Assembly: GCA_023920165.1 (NCBI GenBank)
Contig: CP089276.1
Location: 124,001-188,000, forward strand
From: Curvularia clavata
Taxonomy: Eukaryota
Length of the DNA stretch: 64,000 bases
Reading direction: 5' to 3'
Below are positions 26,205 to 38,436 of this stretch, one piece after another. The notes beneath the pieces were generated by a model. The model was not told where the DNA came from, did not search any database, and worked only from the letters and a program-made list of their open reading frames with translations. Both the position numbers and the translations under genes were made by a program. Position 1 is the first letter of the stretch. Every line of letters starts with the position of its first letter.

Positions 26205-29200
26205 ATGGGAAAAGACATGGTGAGGTCATGATAAGATTGCGCCCTGGGCATCACGGGATAGCCTGATGGACACATTCATGCGCCCGGATGCGGGGCACAG
26301 AAGACGAGAAGCGGCAGCGAGTCACTGTATGAGACCCGGACATGAGGTTTTTTGGCAAAAGCAAGTGAGGCATTGGATTGCTTTCGCTCTATACCCACCA
26401 AGATGGACATTTTGGAGGACTTTGTTACTTGGTACATTGCATTTTCTCTTTTTTTTCGGTTTTTATTAAGAACTGTATGGGTATTGTACGGCGATAGGGA
26501 CATGCATTCATTATTCAACACGAAATCAATAAACAATTGATAACACGTCTCTGATGAACGCCAATTCATGTGCGATTGCTATGAGGTAACATGCGCGACT
26601 CGGTTGCGGGAAAAGCAGGAATTAGGCCCACATGCATTTTCATGCCCTCGCGACATCCCGCCGACGAAGACAATGCATCACATGGAAACAACCGCAATGG
26701 GTAACGACATCATACGATTTTGGGAGACGCAGCACCCCCACGCAGCCAACAGCTCCAGCGGAGCCCAACTCGGATATTCTTCGGATTGGTGAGTGGGTAA
26801 AAACAATAGAGCCAGCTGGCCATGCGACAACGCCAACAGTGCCTACCTCGGCACCCACATGTCTTTCCCCCCACCTGCACCGAAAAGATCACATGACGAG
26901 GGCTGCAGCAAATTCCGCCACTCGATCCGATTATTCCGAGTATTTCCTTCACAAGCAAACCTTGGTTTGTAACTCTGGAGCTCCCAGACCGAGGATCAGC
27001 TTACTATTGCGTATGCATGTGCTGGTACATAATCATGCCAAGTACCAGGGCAGGAGTTGGGATTGCTTGCTGCGAGAGACAGGGAGGATGAGTCTAGGCT
27101 TTCTTGTCCACAAATACACGTTGAGATAAAAAAAGTCGAAGGAATCGAAAAAAGAAAAGAAAAAGATGCATCAAGGATTAACGCGACATTGCTTGCTCAT
27201 CTATCCTTTCTTTTTCATACTTTCCCTATCCGGTAACTACACTCGCTGCCGATTCCGCGCTTCAAAGTCAGCCATCGAATACAGTGATATCCGGCGGTTA
27301 ACCAAGAAAAGTGCTGATTGGTATCTTGAGCGCTGTTGACGACCTACTTTTTTTTAGAGTTTGCCGAATGATAGGAAGATAAACGAGCGCGGATAGGCGG
27401 GTATTACGATGCAATGATGTGAGATTTAGCTTTGAAAAAAACCAAGATAGGATGTGTACGAGGGAAAAGAGTTCAGGTAGCCGCTCGGAGGTCAGATCGG
27501 GCATAATATGAGCCGAGGAGGTAAGACGTTTATCTTGTTTGGAGAGGGGAATTAACTTTTCGGGTTTGTAGAAGAGAGAGGGGGGCCATGCGGGGTTTGA
27601 GAAAATCAAAAATGGCCTGGGATATGGATGTTGGTTCTGGTAGTATAGAGATAGATCCTAGAATCTACATACGTAGATGTACGCGTACTGTATGTAAGCA
27701 AGGCTGGATAGTTATACATAGATGGTTTACTCTTGGTCTGCATACTTGGCGCATCGGCATCTCGCGGACTGCATACCCAGCATTCTTGTTTTCCGCCCTT
27801 TTCAAATCCCCGTCTATTAACAACCATCACATAACGATATCAATAGTCACTAACAATAACAATACTAACCCTTGCCCTTACCCACGTTTTGGAATTCTCG
27901 AAAAAACCAGATCTAGCCAGGCGAACTACAGTACTGCAATTTTAAAAATATATCGCACTGGTAGTTCCATGTTGTTCCTCTTGTGACTTTTCTCCTGAAA
28001 CACGCCTGTTCCCACCTGTTTTCTCACGTTAGCTCCAAACCATGGCATGGCGCCAACGAAATCCCCTCCCTCATTATTATCACGCCAGGGCACACGCAAA
28101 AGGCGTTCGTGAAACGCACCAAACCCAGTGACAAGGAAACCGGGGAAACAAAGAGGAGAAAGCAAAAAAAAGGGGGGCCTGTTGGATGTTGGTAGAGTAG
28201 CAAACCGTTTGTTTCACCAGAAAACCCCTCTGTTTCTGTTTCCGTTTTGCAACTGCCGTTGGAGACATGACAAGCCAAGTTGGCTATTTTTCGCAACAGT
28301 CTTTGTTTGTTTACTTTTTCGAGTCAGTTCATTCAAGTTTCGCAACCCGCCTTAGGCCAATGTCAAGGTCAAGGTCGCGCCCTATAGCATCCATCCCTTT
28401 GCTACTCCCGACCCACGCATTCTCTCGCCCTGGCACAAGCTAAGCCAGGCCATTGGGGCTGAAGCAGGAAATAGAGTCAGCATTAGCGGCTTCGTGAGAC
28501 TTCGGAATGCTACATTGGTCCGTGGGCGATGGACAGTGGCGGTGCTCGTAAATGGGGGCACAGCCACATGTCTAGCTGAGAGGAGACACCTTCGGATCCA
28601 TGCTCTCAAGTACGTTAAACACAAGGAAACACAGACCAAGATGGAGAGATTAGGCGTGGCATACGAGTCAACGATGCTTGCGCGTTCACTCATAGTCCAA
28701 GTCGTATACGTATTCACTCTTAGCTATGTTAGGGTGTTGGTCGGGGAGTAACGGTGCGAGGTGATTGGCTAAACGGGGACATTACCAGCAGGTTTAGGAT
28801 AGTGCGCCGAACCGGCAGGGAAGGGACAAGCGAGGCAAAGGAAACAGGGAAATCACGATGTGCAAGGAGGAAATTTGAAGTTTTTGGACGATGCGTGCAT
28901 GCGCAAGTGCAAACGCAAGTGCATCAATTGCTTGAATTGTTTTTTGGAAGCTATGATTGTGCTCCAAGAGCTCGAGTATGGTATCTAACAAAGGATTTTG
29001 TCCCATACACCGGATCCCTAAAGCTGTGTACATGGAAGCGAAGTAGTTATACATGGTCCCAGCGCGTTTGAAGGCGCTGGTCAACGAGTGACGAGAATGA
29101 TAGTAAACAAAGAGCTCAATGGATTGCCGCAGACAAATCCCAAAGACGGCAGTCCAGGAAAAGTAGATCTCGAAAAGATATCCTTTTCCAAGACGGCAGT

Positions 29201-29325
29201 CACCGGACCCAGCCTGATGCGAAAGTAAACAAGTCGTAACATGGTCGTGCATAGCGCTGACCCGGCATGCGCTAGCTAGAGATGAGGGTATCTTGGTCAT
29301 GGAGTCCAAGGCCACGGAGAAGAGC

Positions 29326-30189
29326 TTAGACGACGCTCCAGGAGGCCTTGAGGCGGGTGGTCTCGGTGATGCCGAGGGACTTCCAGGCAGCGCGGGACAG
29401 GTCGATGTCGTTGGGGCCCTTGCAGCCAGGGCACAGGTCCATGATGGTGGCCTTGGTGGTGGCGCCGTTGTAGTCGATCTCAATCTCAGTTCCGCACCAT
29501 GGGTTGCTGGAGGCACCGGTCATGTAGTCGTAGGTGGATCCACCCTTGGCGTCCCAGAGGCCCTGGGAGATGGCAACAACCATCATGTCGTCGGTGAGGG
29601 GCTTACCGCAAGCACCGGCGACGCCAGAGTTGTCGTAGACGGTGATGTCGACATCGGAGTAGCTAGCGCCGGCAACACCTGAGCCAGTGGTAGGGTTCTG
29701 GTGGGTGGCAGGAGCGGAGGGAGTAGCACTAGGGGCAGGAGCAGCAGAGGTAGGGGCGGGAGCTGGGGTGTAGGCTGGCTCTGGCTGGGGAGCAGGAGCG
29801 GGAGCCGAGGAGGGCTCTGGCTTGGGCTGCTCAGGCTGAGGAGCAGGAGCTTGAGAAGGCTCAGGCTTAGGAGAGGGAGAGGGAGAAGGGCTGGGCTTGG
29901 GCTGCTCAACTACTGGAGGAGTGTAGGCTGGGGCAGCAGGAGCGCTAGGAGCGGCAGCAGCTGGGGCGCTGCTAGGAGTGGGCTTCTGCTGCTCGTAGAA
30001 AGCAGCAGGGTTGGAAGTAGGCGCAGCGCTGGAGGTGGGCGCGGGAGTGCCATCGTCGTAGACAGTGGTGTAGACGACAACGGTCTCAGTGACAATCTCG
30101 GTCTTGTAGACGAGGGCGCGCTTGTCGACGGGCGCAGCGGCGGCAATGGAGCCGAAGAGGAGGGAGGCGAGAACAGTAGAGGCCTTCAT
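29326..30189 (-). CDS. Secreted RlpA-like DPBB / expansin-like (Asp f 7 allergen-like) protein
   Basis: Signal peptide MKASTVLASLLFGSIAAAAP, DKR site, Pro/Ala/Ser linker, GACG...MVVAIS...NPWCG...MDLCPGC...DIDLSRAAW domain. Confidence 0.88.
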   Translation of the reverse strand: MKASTVLASLLFGSIAAAAPVDKRALVYKTEIVTETVVVYTTVYDDGTPAPTSSAAPTSNPAAFYEQQKPTPSSAPAAAAPSAPAAPAYTPPVVEQPKPSPSPSPSPKPEPSQAPAPQPEQPKPEPSSAPAPAPQPEPAYTPAPAPTSAAPAPSATPSAPATHQNPTTGSGVAGASYSDVDITVYDNSGVAGACGKPLTDDMMVVAISQGLWDAKGGSTYDYMTGASSNPWCGTEIEIDYNGATTKATIMDLCPGCKGPNDIDLSRAAWKSLGITETTRLKASWSVV

Positions 30190-33100
30190 GTTGACAGAAG
30201 TAGGGACTGTAGTGTTTGGTGGTCGAGGGAGTGTTGTTGTTGTGGTGGTTGATATCCGCAGGGAGTGACTGAACTGGCTAGCAGTTGCAAGAGAGTGTTT
30301 GTCGGATAGACAAGTGGAAGACGAAAGCGTCTTGGGTTGTGGAATGAATGTGGGAAGAAACAAAAGCCTCAAGCCTGTGGAATGAATGGCACAGGAGGAG
30401 GGCAGGACGTGGAATATAAAGAGCGTGGGTGAGGTGTGGGAGAGTGGAGGAAAGGTGGGCGTGCTGTGGGTTCCCTTGAGCCTTGGGCAGGGCGCTCCGT
30501 GCACGGGCCGCTAGGCAACGTGCCTGGCCGCTTGCATCGCATCCTCCGCGTACGACGTCGACACCGAGTGGCAGACGGGCGTCTTAGGGCCGTCAGTGTG
30601 GCGCTGCCACCGTCGGGCCGGCGACTGGCTGAACGGCGTGTCCCTGGCGCATTCAACAGCTGTGCCTGTGCCTGGCGATTCGTCGGGGGCGTGCAGACTC
30701 TGCATCTTTTCCCACTTTTTGCTTTTATGCGTGTTCATGTGCGTTGGGCCCAGCAGCGTCACCGGCCGCACTGGCTGGCTGGCGTGTGCGCCCTCGCTCT
30801 GCGACGCGCCCTTCCTTTTTGCTGCTTCTGCAAGGCCTGCTGACAGTGCGTTTGTGTGCCTGCGAGAGTTGCTAATTGAGGCTGCCCTGGCAATATTGCT
30901 CTCACCACACATGCCATACTTAGCCGGGGCGCAGCGGAGTTTCATGCGGCCGCAAACGGCAAGGGCAGGCGCAGCCCACTGGCCAATCGAAGCGCTGTTC
31001 CTGACGATCGCTGCACGTCTGTGCCTCCCGCCAGCCCGCCGTGTGTCCGTTCCAGGGGCAGCACAAGCTGCCAGCTGAGCGCCCGCTAAACGAAACACTC
31101 TCTCGACACACACACGTGTATCCCCTCGACTCGCGCCCGGCTGCAGTTGCGCTGGCACACTACAACAAAACACTCCGACGACACCAAAGCCCCCGGGACC
31201 CGTCGCCGCAGCCTGTGACTTCACGCCTGCCTCCGCTCCTCACCCATTGGCCGCCTCCGCTCCACTGCTGCCCACTGTACTGTCACCATCACCACCGGAG
31301 ACAGCCCCAGCCCCGACATGCAGCACAGCGTCAAGGTGACATGGACTGCTGCATGCCTTTTACCGGAACGTCTGGCCCATAGCCGTCGTGCGTTCGCGCT
31401 GCCTGGGACGCTACCACTCCACAGCTTCTCGACTGCCGCAGCATGGCATTCCTCGTCGTGCCCCGATGCACTCGAAATGAAAAGCGGGGCCATGTGCTTT
31501 TTCTAGAAATGCCATTGGCCAGCTCCAGTTCCGCGCGCTAGCCATGCGCGAGAATTTGCCTCGAGCCTTATCCACTTATCGATTGCGATAGCTATCCATC
31601 CGTCATCTCGACCTTCACCCATCCTGCCCGTCCGCGCGTCCGCACCGATGCCCTTGGGACCTGGCACCTCTCCGACACAGCTAGGGAACGACTATGGCGT
31701 CATGACCCGACCAACTTTCCTCTTCTCCTTTCTCCATGTAAAAATTTCCCCTTCTGACCATTCACCCTGCCTGCCGAACAAGGCCGTTGTTTTACTCGGC
31801 ATACGCAATCCTCGCCATCCATTACTCAACCCTTTTCGTCTTTCGTGGTTCACCACCCAACGTGTTACAGTGGCCCCCAAGGCAGAGATTTTCTCGCCTG
31901 CTCATCTCCACTTTTTGCGCTGACGCCTAGACTGCCTCGCTTCAATGCTTGTGTAATGCATCCCGACGTCTTACGTCCAAGAAACAAACTCTTACTCGAA
32001 AAAAATTGCCGTGGTCTAGAATGGTTCGGCTCCCCTCGCTGCCTTCTAGCGCAAACTCTTACCTGGTTGTCGTATCGCGGTACGCTAGACTCTGTCGAAT
32101 CCTTCTGCCGCTCCCTCAGCTGCGTGCTGCAAACGTAATTTTTCTCTAGTTCCGACAGCGGCTCAACAGTAGCTTTCCATGTTTTGTTCCCTCCGGCATT
32201 TGCTCCGTAGTGCCAGTGACCCTTCCGGACATACGTAAACTAGATGTAGTCCACTTGGTAATCAACACGTCAAGCGTGCAGCAATTACAGCATCATGAAC
32301 CAATGACGTGAGCCCTGTTACAGCAGCATTTTTCCTCTACCAAAAAGAAAATCACGCAGTGTCCATGTCCCACCACTACCCCACAGCTGTCTCTCTTTTT
32401 CTTCTGCCTGCTTTTGTGGAGATGGGACTCCACAAGGCCACAAAGACACAGACAAGAAAAAAGACTGGAGAGTAATCATTACCGTAGGAACATGAATGAT
32501 GAACTATCGATTACACACCACGCACCACCCGCTGCCATTGACACTTAAGCACACGTACTATCATGTTCTTTTGAATCGACACCATTGACCCCAACTTGAT
32601 CGTGTTGAGACTGTGGTTGGACGTACGTGCACAAGCGGATGCTCCCTCGCCATTTCTCCGTACCTAGTTTTCCTTTTTCTCATCTCTTCCGTCTTCAACT
32701 TTGCTTCTGCCTTTATGCAAACTGCCAAGTTCAGAAATTATTTCTTCTGCAGCCTTGTTCCGCTCTCAGCACCGATTGGTCACCCATTAAATTACCATGA
32801 CTACACTTCCGTCTATGAGTTTTGCTTTTTTGCTTCGTTTTTCTCTCGACTCGCAAACGGCTTGGCTGACGTGTCTTCATCTCCACAAAGTAAAACACCA
32901 ACTTGTGGAAAGTGGTGGTTTGTCAATCGCTCGCTTTGAGCATGTCACGACTCGCCGACTTTAGCGAGAGGGAGATGACGGGTATTCAGCTGCTCGGGTG
33001 CAGGGACGCCACAGTCATGCTCTTGTTTATGCTGAGAATAAGATGGCCAGCTGCCCGGTTTGCCTTTAAGGATAAGTACGGAGCTGCTGATCTTCTTGTT

Positions 33101-33922
33101 GTCTTGCGTTCGGGCGCAAATAGCTGATTTCACTTGTTGAATGTTTCCGCTCTATTCAACTATAAGCACCAGCACAGAAGGGTCTTGGAGAAGTTTTGCA
33201 TTGGCCTCGAATAGCAAGGTAGGGACAGAGTAGAGAGCTTGACTCCAGGCGCTCTAATAGTAATTGCATTCTAGCATTGTTTCAGCCCGCGGTGGGAGAA
33301 GGGATAACGAATAGCACTGTTATCCCGCGTGTAGTATATGAATGCCCTGGCCTTTCACTAAACTCAATTTTATGTACAGATAATTTTATACTACATAACC
33401 AGAATTTCACTGATTGGGGGCTTTGAGTGCTATCTTCATTTCCAAGGCGGAGACAAAAATACAGCAATTGTTTGTCTAGCTGTATTGTCGCAGGTAGTAT
33501 GCATTACCTTGCTATCTTCCTCGCCAACCAGTCGAAGTAGAGAAAGAGGCAGCCATCTTCCCTATTCAACAGCTTCGTCACTGAGAAGTGCATAGCCTCC
33601 CTCCTCATCTTGGCCGTTTATCCTCTCTACATCAAGTCATTGCCGTCTGTCCGTATTGCATGTCATTGTTCTCCAGCCTTTCTCATATCGTATAGGGTTT
33701 CTCTGCCATGAGTACCATACCTTTTTGCTTGATAATGGCGGTTGCGTACTCCGCACATGTCTTTGGAATAGCTGAGTATCACGGGAGTAGAGATGGAAAT
33801 GTAAGCTCAAGGTTAAAATGATTCATTCAGAGCGAAAGCATTCCACGTAGTACTTGACTCAAAGTTGGAACGCAAATTATACATCGATACGACCTCGGGT
33901 AGCAATTTGATAGCATTAGTTT

Positions 33923-35506
33923 TTAGAATACATGATGTCCATCCTCAATTCCGTTCTTGATCCTGAATGCAGCCACAATCTCGCGACTTAGTCCAGCTTC
34001 ATTGTAATGACCCATCAGGAGATCCGCAACTTTTTCATGCTTCTTTATTATCGCATAGTCGAGTGCGGTAAGTCCTTTCATGTCTGCAGCCCCAATGTTG
34101 AATTTAGACTCGTGTTTCATCAAGACTTCGCAGATTTTGAAGTTTCCATTCGCAGCAACGTAATGCAACGGGAGACTCCCATAAATCGTTGCCAGGCTTG
34201 GGTTCGCTCCTGCTTCAAGAATCACTTCCACCTCACCATAACCATCCAACCTAGGGGATTGACATAGTATGTGAAAAGGCGTCCTCCCGAGTATGTCTTG
34301 GTTGTTCCAAGACCCCTTGTCAACGAAGGAGTTACCGGACTCGTCAAAATATTGATAAGGTAAGTCACATCCTGATTCAAAGACATCATCCAGGAATCGA
34401 TGAAGGGGTGTCCTTCCCAAGCAGTCAATGGATTTGAGCTGCCCTCCAATCTCATGTATTTCCCCAAGATCAAAATGGTATAGTCCAATAGATCTAACAT
34501 AGTTGCCAAAATCAGTCGGGATGAACGATTCAAGTATGGCTCCGGCTTGTTGTGGTATTTCCCCTGAGAAAATGGTGTAGCGTTCTAATTCCCTGCTCTT
34601 GATGTCTTCTGCTTCGTCGGTCTCATCCGGATCAAACAAGTCCCAATGTTGCCAGAAAAGATGTTGTTGGACTAAGAACTCCCCACAAACATCCAAAGAC
34701 TCTATAGCCTTGTTGATCATTGGTCTGAGGTCTTCCGGACAGCATTCGGGACACAACGTGTCAGGAGGACCAATAAACAGAGCGTTTCTTTGACTTTCAG
34801 TCAGGGAGCGGTCAGAGAATGTTTTCAAGCCATTTTCTGTAGTTGTCATCTCATTCGAGGTTCGATGAAAAGCATCGCGCACCGAGTCCACAGCCCTCTC
34901 GAACTTCATCCTTTCTGTTTCTACTTCTGCATCTGGTAGATAAGGCCATCCAAATACCCACCTGAAGTCTTTTTCAAGTTCTCTGACTCGGTCCATAGCC
35001 ATAGTCATCATCTTGTGGTAACTCTTGAGAAATGACCTGTATGTGTATTAACACTGCAGCCATATCATTTTGGCAATCTCATCAACTATGAACCTACCAT
35101 TTTTTGTACCGTTCTTCAAATGAATCTGGGTTGGTAGAAGGAGAGGTTTCGTTGTGAACGGGTGATACGTGTTCCGATGCATGGTTCCTGGGGCAGGTTT
35201 CTCGAGTCCTTTCTGAACACTGAAGCCCCTTTTCTATGCAGCGATCGCATTTTTCAGAGTTTTGTTGCAAGGTGCACTAATCATCAGTTATTAGCAGGAG
35301 TCTTCGATATTAACATTTAAATGTCTCGAACGGGTATTAGTACTGTGGCTTGTAGTCCAGCGATACCGTTATATGTATTTTCAATCACTTACCCCTTTTT
35401 TGTCATCTCGGCACCTCTTACATTTTTCTTTGTTTGATGTATGTTTTTTTCGTTTTAGTGACGGCAACGACTGTAAGTCCTCCGGATTTCGTTTATGGGG
35501 TCGCAT
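33923..35506 (-). CDS. Zn(II)2Cys6 cluster - ankyrin repeat fusion protein (introns 35277-35392, 35037-35097; start uncertain, frame stays open upstream)
   Basis: Spliced product gives CKRCRDDKKG|CTLQQNSEKCDRCIEKGLQC (C-x2-C-x6-C-x8-C-x2-C-x6-C) in frame with the 362-aa ORF carrying GRTPLH, GRTPFH, GSLPLHYVAANG and GLTALDYA ankyrin repeats. Confidence 0.8.
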
Positions 35507-36058
35507 TTCGTATTCTTGCTCCTTATTCACTTCGTTTCGGACTCTCTCCAGTTGATCCCGCTCTTCGCAGCCAGTCAACTTTTGAGGTTGACTCGACTCT
35601 GATGTGACTGGTAGAGGTAGTTGCGGCGATCTCGGTGCTGAAATTGGTATATGTCGCGGTATGGGTAATGCCTGATCGGCAAAATGTAAAGCCAGGAGAC
35701 CAAATTCATTTGAACAAATCTCACAAAAGTGACGACCGTGGCAATTTGGGCAACGACCGTCTACTAAGCGAAAAGCGCAATCGCTGCGGGTGCAACAAGC
35801 TCTACTGCGGAGACCAGAGATGTGATTAGCTTGATCCGAGCCATGCGCTGGGCTAGCATTCGGTTCGTGGGTATTCGTGGACGTGGTAGGAAAATGAAGT
35901 GTACTATGAATTGGGCATGATGGTAACTTGATGGTGGTTTTAAAAGAACGGAGGCAAGGAGGTGATCAAACTTTTTGGAGGAGCGAATTCAAGGTGTAAG
36001 TAAGACCTTTTCAATGTATTTCAACGTCCTCCTGGTTGAAGTAACCAGGTATGCAAAG

Positions 36059-36143
36059 TGCGACAAAGTGCGAAAAGAGCGGCTAATAACCTCTGCGACA
36101 AAGTGCGAAAAGAGCGGCTAATAACCTCTGCGACAAAGTGCGA
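36059..36143 (+). repeat. Perfect 35-bp tandem repeat (2.4 copies)
   Basis: tgcgacaaagtgcgaaaagagcggctaataacctc at 36059-36093 and 36094-36128, plus a 15-bp partial copy; the 15-mer recurs inverted at 36237-36251. Confidence 0.95.
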
Positions 36144-36228
36144 TAGCGAGCATGGCACACGTCCACGCTGCGTTGGGTACATCAGCTTATGCAAGCCAAA
36201 ACACGGCTTAGAACCTGGCCACCAGCCT

Positions 36229-36726
36229 ATTGGTGGTCGCACTTTGTCGCAGTTGCGAAAACTACAAAGTTGGGTTAGTGCGTCTGTGTGTGTGTGCCCC
36301 TAGCACAGCCACTGCATGACGAGCCGTCTCGTGATAATTCCCTACTACACCACATGCGGTCTGCCCCAACGCCTTTCATTGGTGATCGCACATTGTCGCA
36401 GTCGCAAGCCCCTGACCGCAATCCTGGGAGTAGCTCTTGATTCCGCGTTCGCCTCAGCACACAGACGTCCAAAACCACCAACGTCACTAGCATTGACGTC
36501 TCAATTGGCCATCGCATATTGTCGCACTTCCAAAGCACGAATCCTAGAATTGACATGGACTCTACCCCTGCCGCTCATTGGTCGTCGCACCCCATCGCAC
36601 TTCATTTTGAACTGACTATGAAAATCGGTCTACAGCGGGCCCACTAGTATACCTCCCTTCATCTGTTCACTGCATGCACAGACTCTCACTCCGTCTGAAT
36701 ATCGCACCTCATCGCACCTCGTCGCA
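36229..36726. promoter_or_regulatory. Array of ATTGG-N3-TCGCA-N5-TCGCA composite elements
   Basis: Four copies starting at 36229, 36378, 36504 and 36577, plus a TCGCA triplet at 36702/36712/36722. The pattern is seen directly; a regulatory role is inferred. Confidence 0.6.
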
Positions 36727-36934
36727 TTTTTTGAAGATGCGATGCCAACTGTGGCAGAGGCAGTGTGCTTCTGAAGTAAGGATAAAATGGCCGCAGCCCT
36801 TGCCTTTGTTCAACCTTCAACCCATCCATCGAAAGCATCTGTTCAGTTTGAAGTTTCCAACTATTGTCACAACTGTACTCTCCTAGACAAGACACGTCCT
36901 TTCCTTTCCATCGTTCCAGACACCAGGATCCGCC

Positions 36935-37234
36935 ATGCCTGCCGCCAATAGCACAACGTCAATTATGACTCCCACGTTGAATGTGAGGGTTTCAAACATA
37001 CTTGTAACGTCTTCGACGAACAAGGTGGTGGTGAACGACGACGCTTTCGAATCGTTTATTACGACAATGAGTTTTGGTGTATTGGGCTTGGTTCTGACAG
37101 CGATTGGTGTAGCTGTCGCTATTCTACAGCTTCGACGTATGTCTCAGAGAACCAGTACAGCCGAAGTATACGAGCTTGCATGTAAGATTAAGACATACCA
37201 ATTTCCAAGACGTAGCGCTGACTGGGGTCAAGAA
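36935..37234 (+). CDS. Small single-pass membrane protein (82 aa if intron 37182-37232 is spliced, creating TAA; otherwise 138 aa to 37351)
   Basis: Good start context (ccgccATG); hydrophobic helix SFGVLGLVLTAIGVAVAILQL followed by RR; GTAAG...CTGAC...AAG intron. Confidence 0.55.
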
Positions 37235-38436
37235 AAGTGCTTGAAGAAGCCGAAAGCCAGATGGATTCCCCAAACTGGCGTACCTGGACGGGCAAGTTTG
37301 GAATCAACCAGACATTTGGGCCAATCAAACATGAATATTGGAGAATATTGAGATACTGGCGCGAGTGATAAAATAAAGAGTTGCGAGCGTCTAGGCGTTC
37401 AAGAAAAGGCGTTTGCGAACATGGAATAGCTGTTGAGGGTCTGTGACATTGATTGTATAATTGTATAACTAGCGGACTCAGTGATTTGGTACTCGTCGTT
37501 ATTTTCCTTTTCTTCGAATAGAATTGGGTAGTATAGAATCCATGCGGTTCTTCTTCTACAAGCATCTGCTTCTTTCATGTGCTTCACAATGAGGATTATG
37601 AGGAAGACTATGCATCGTGTAAAGTCAACGGCTGACAACCCGAGGGTCTGGACCTCCAGACGTCAAAAACCTGAAACTGGGGACAGATGAGGATCTTCGA
37701 TGCGCATGGCCAAAGGCAAGCGAGTGTGACCACTGCTCGCACGGACGAGGGCTAGTGCAGCATCGAGAAAGTTTACGAAGCCATCGAAACATAGACGTGA
37801 CGCTGTGTGGATGGCAGAGTCTGCAGGCTCTGACGGCGGGTAACGGGGTAAGGCTGAGTGGAGGTTTCTCGGGGCGTGGGCATGTGTCGATCATCTTCGA
37901 TGAACTTCTTTAGCTGCCGCGACTGAAGGCTTGGCATCGGCCAGCACGCGGCTTTACTTTGTACGTACAGTGCCATCCATGTTTCGTCATCTTCTGTCAG
38001 GCAAGCACAATCTCATGGACCCCTCCCCAGCCACCACATCTGCCTTATACTCTCTGCGACAAGCATCGTCGCGCCCATCTGCTTTGCTATCCTAACTGCT
38101 GTGTACTGTATATACACTGCCTACTCGTGACTACATCCCACGGGCGTTTTGGACGTTCTCTCAGCACGTACGCCCGTCCATCCACTTCGTGCGCCGGCCA
38201 CACCCTCCCCGGATAACAGCCTCTTGCATTTCCGCCCCCATCTTTGAGCCTCGCGCAAAGTAGCTTACTATCACTCGCGTCGACTACTTGTGGCCTGCTG
38301 CGCTGAGCACCACGGCAGAGCCCGTGCTTCGTTTCACTTCTCAGGAAACACTATAACCGGCTCCGGACTCGACACACTCGCGCGACTCCTGTGCCAGACG
38401 CTACCCTCATCGTCATCGTCATCACTCTCATACATA

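Noticed and set aside
26568..27129. Short ORFs with a GTGAGT donor downstream of KGD4
   Set aside because: No convincing continuation exon or protein motif.
27865..27883. ctaacccttgcccttaccc as telomere or telomerase-template sequence
   Set aside because: Too degenerate and short; no complete TAACCCTAA template or repeat tract.
32487..32568. Possible box C/D snoRNA (ATGATGA with gaacatga/tcatgttc terminal stem)
   Set aside because: No CTGA D box before the 3' stem and no recognisable rRNA guide.
36059..36143. 35-bp direct repeats resembling CRISPR repeat length
   Set aside because: Head-to-tail with no spacers, no cas genes, eukaryotic context.
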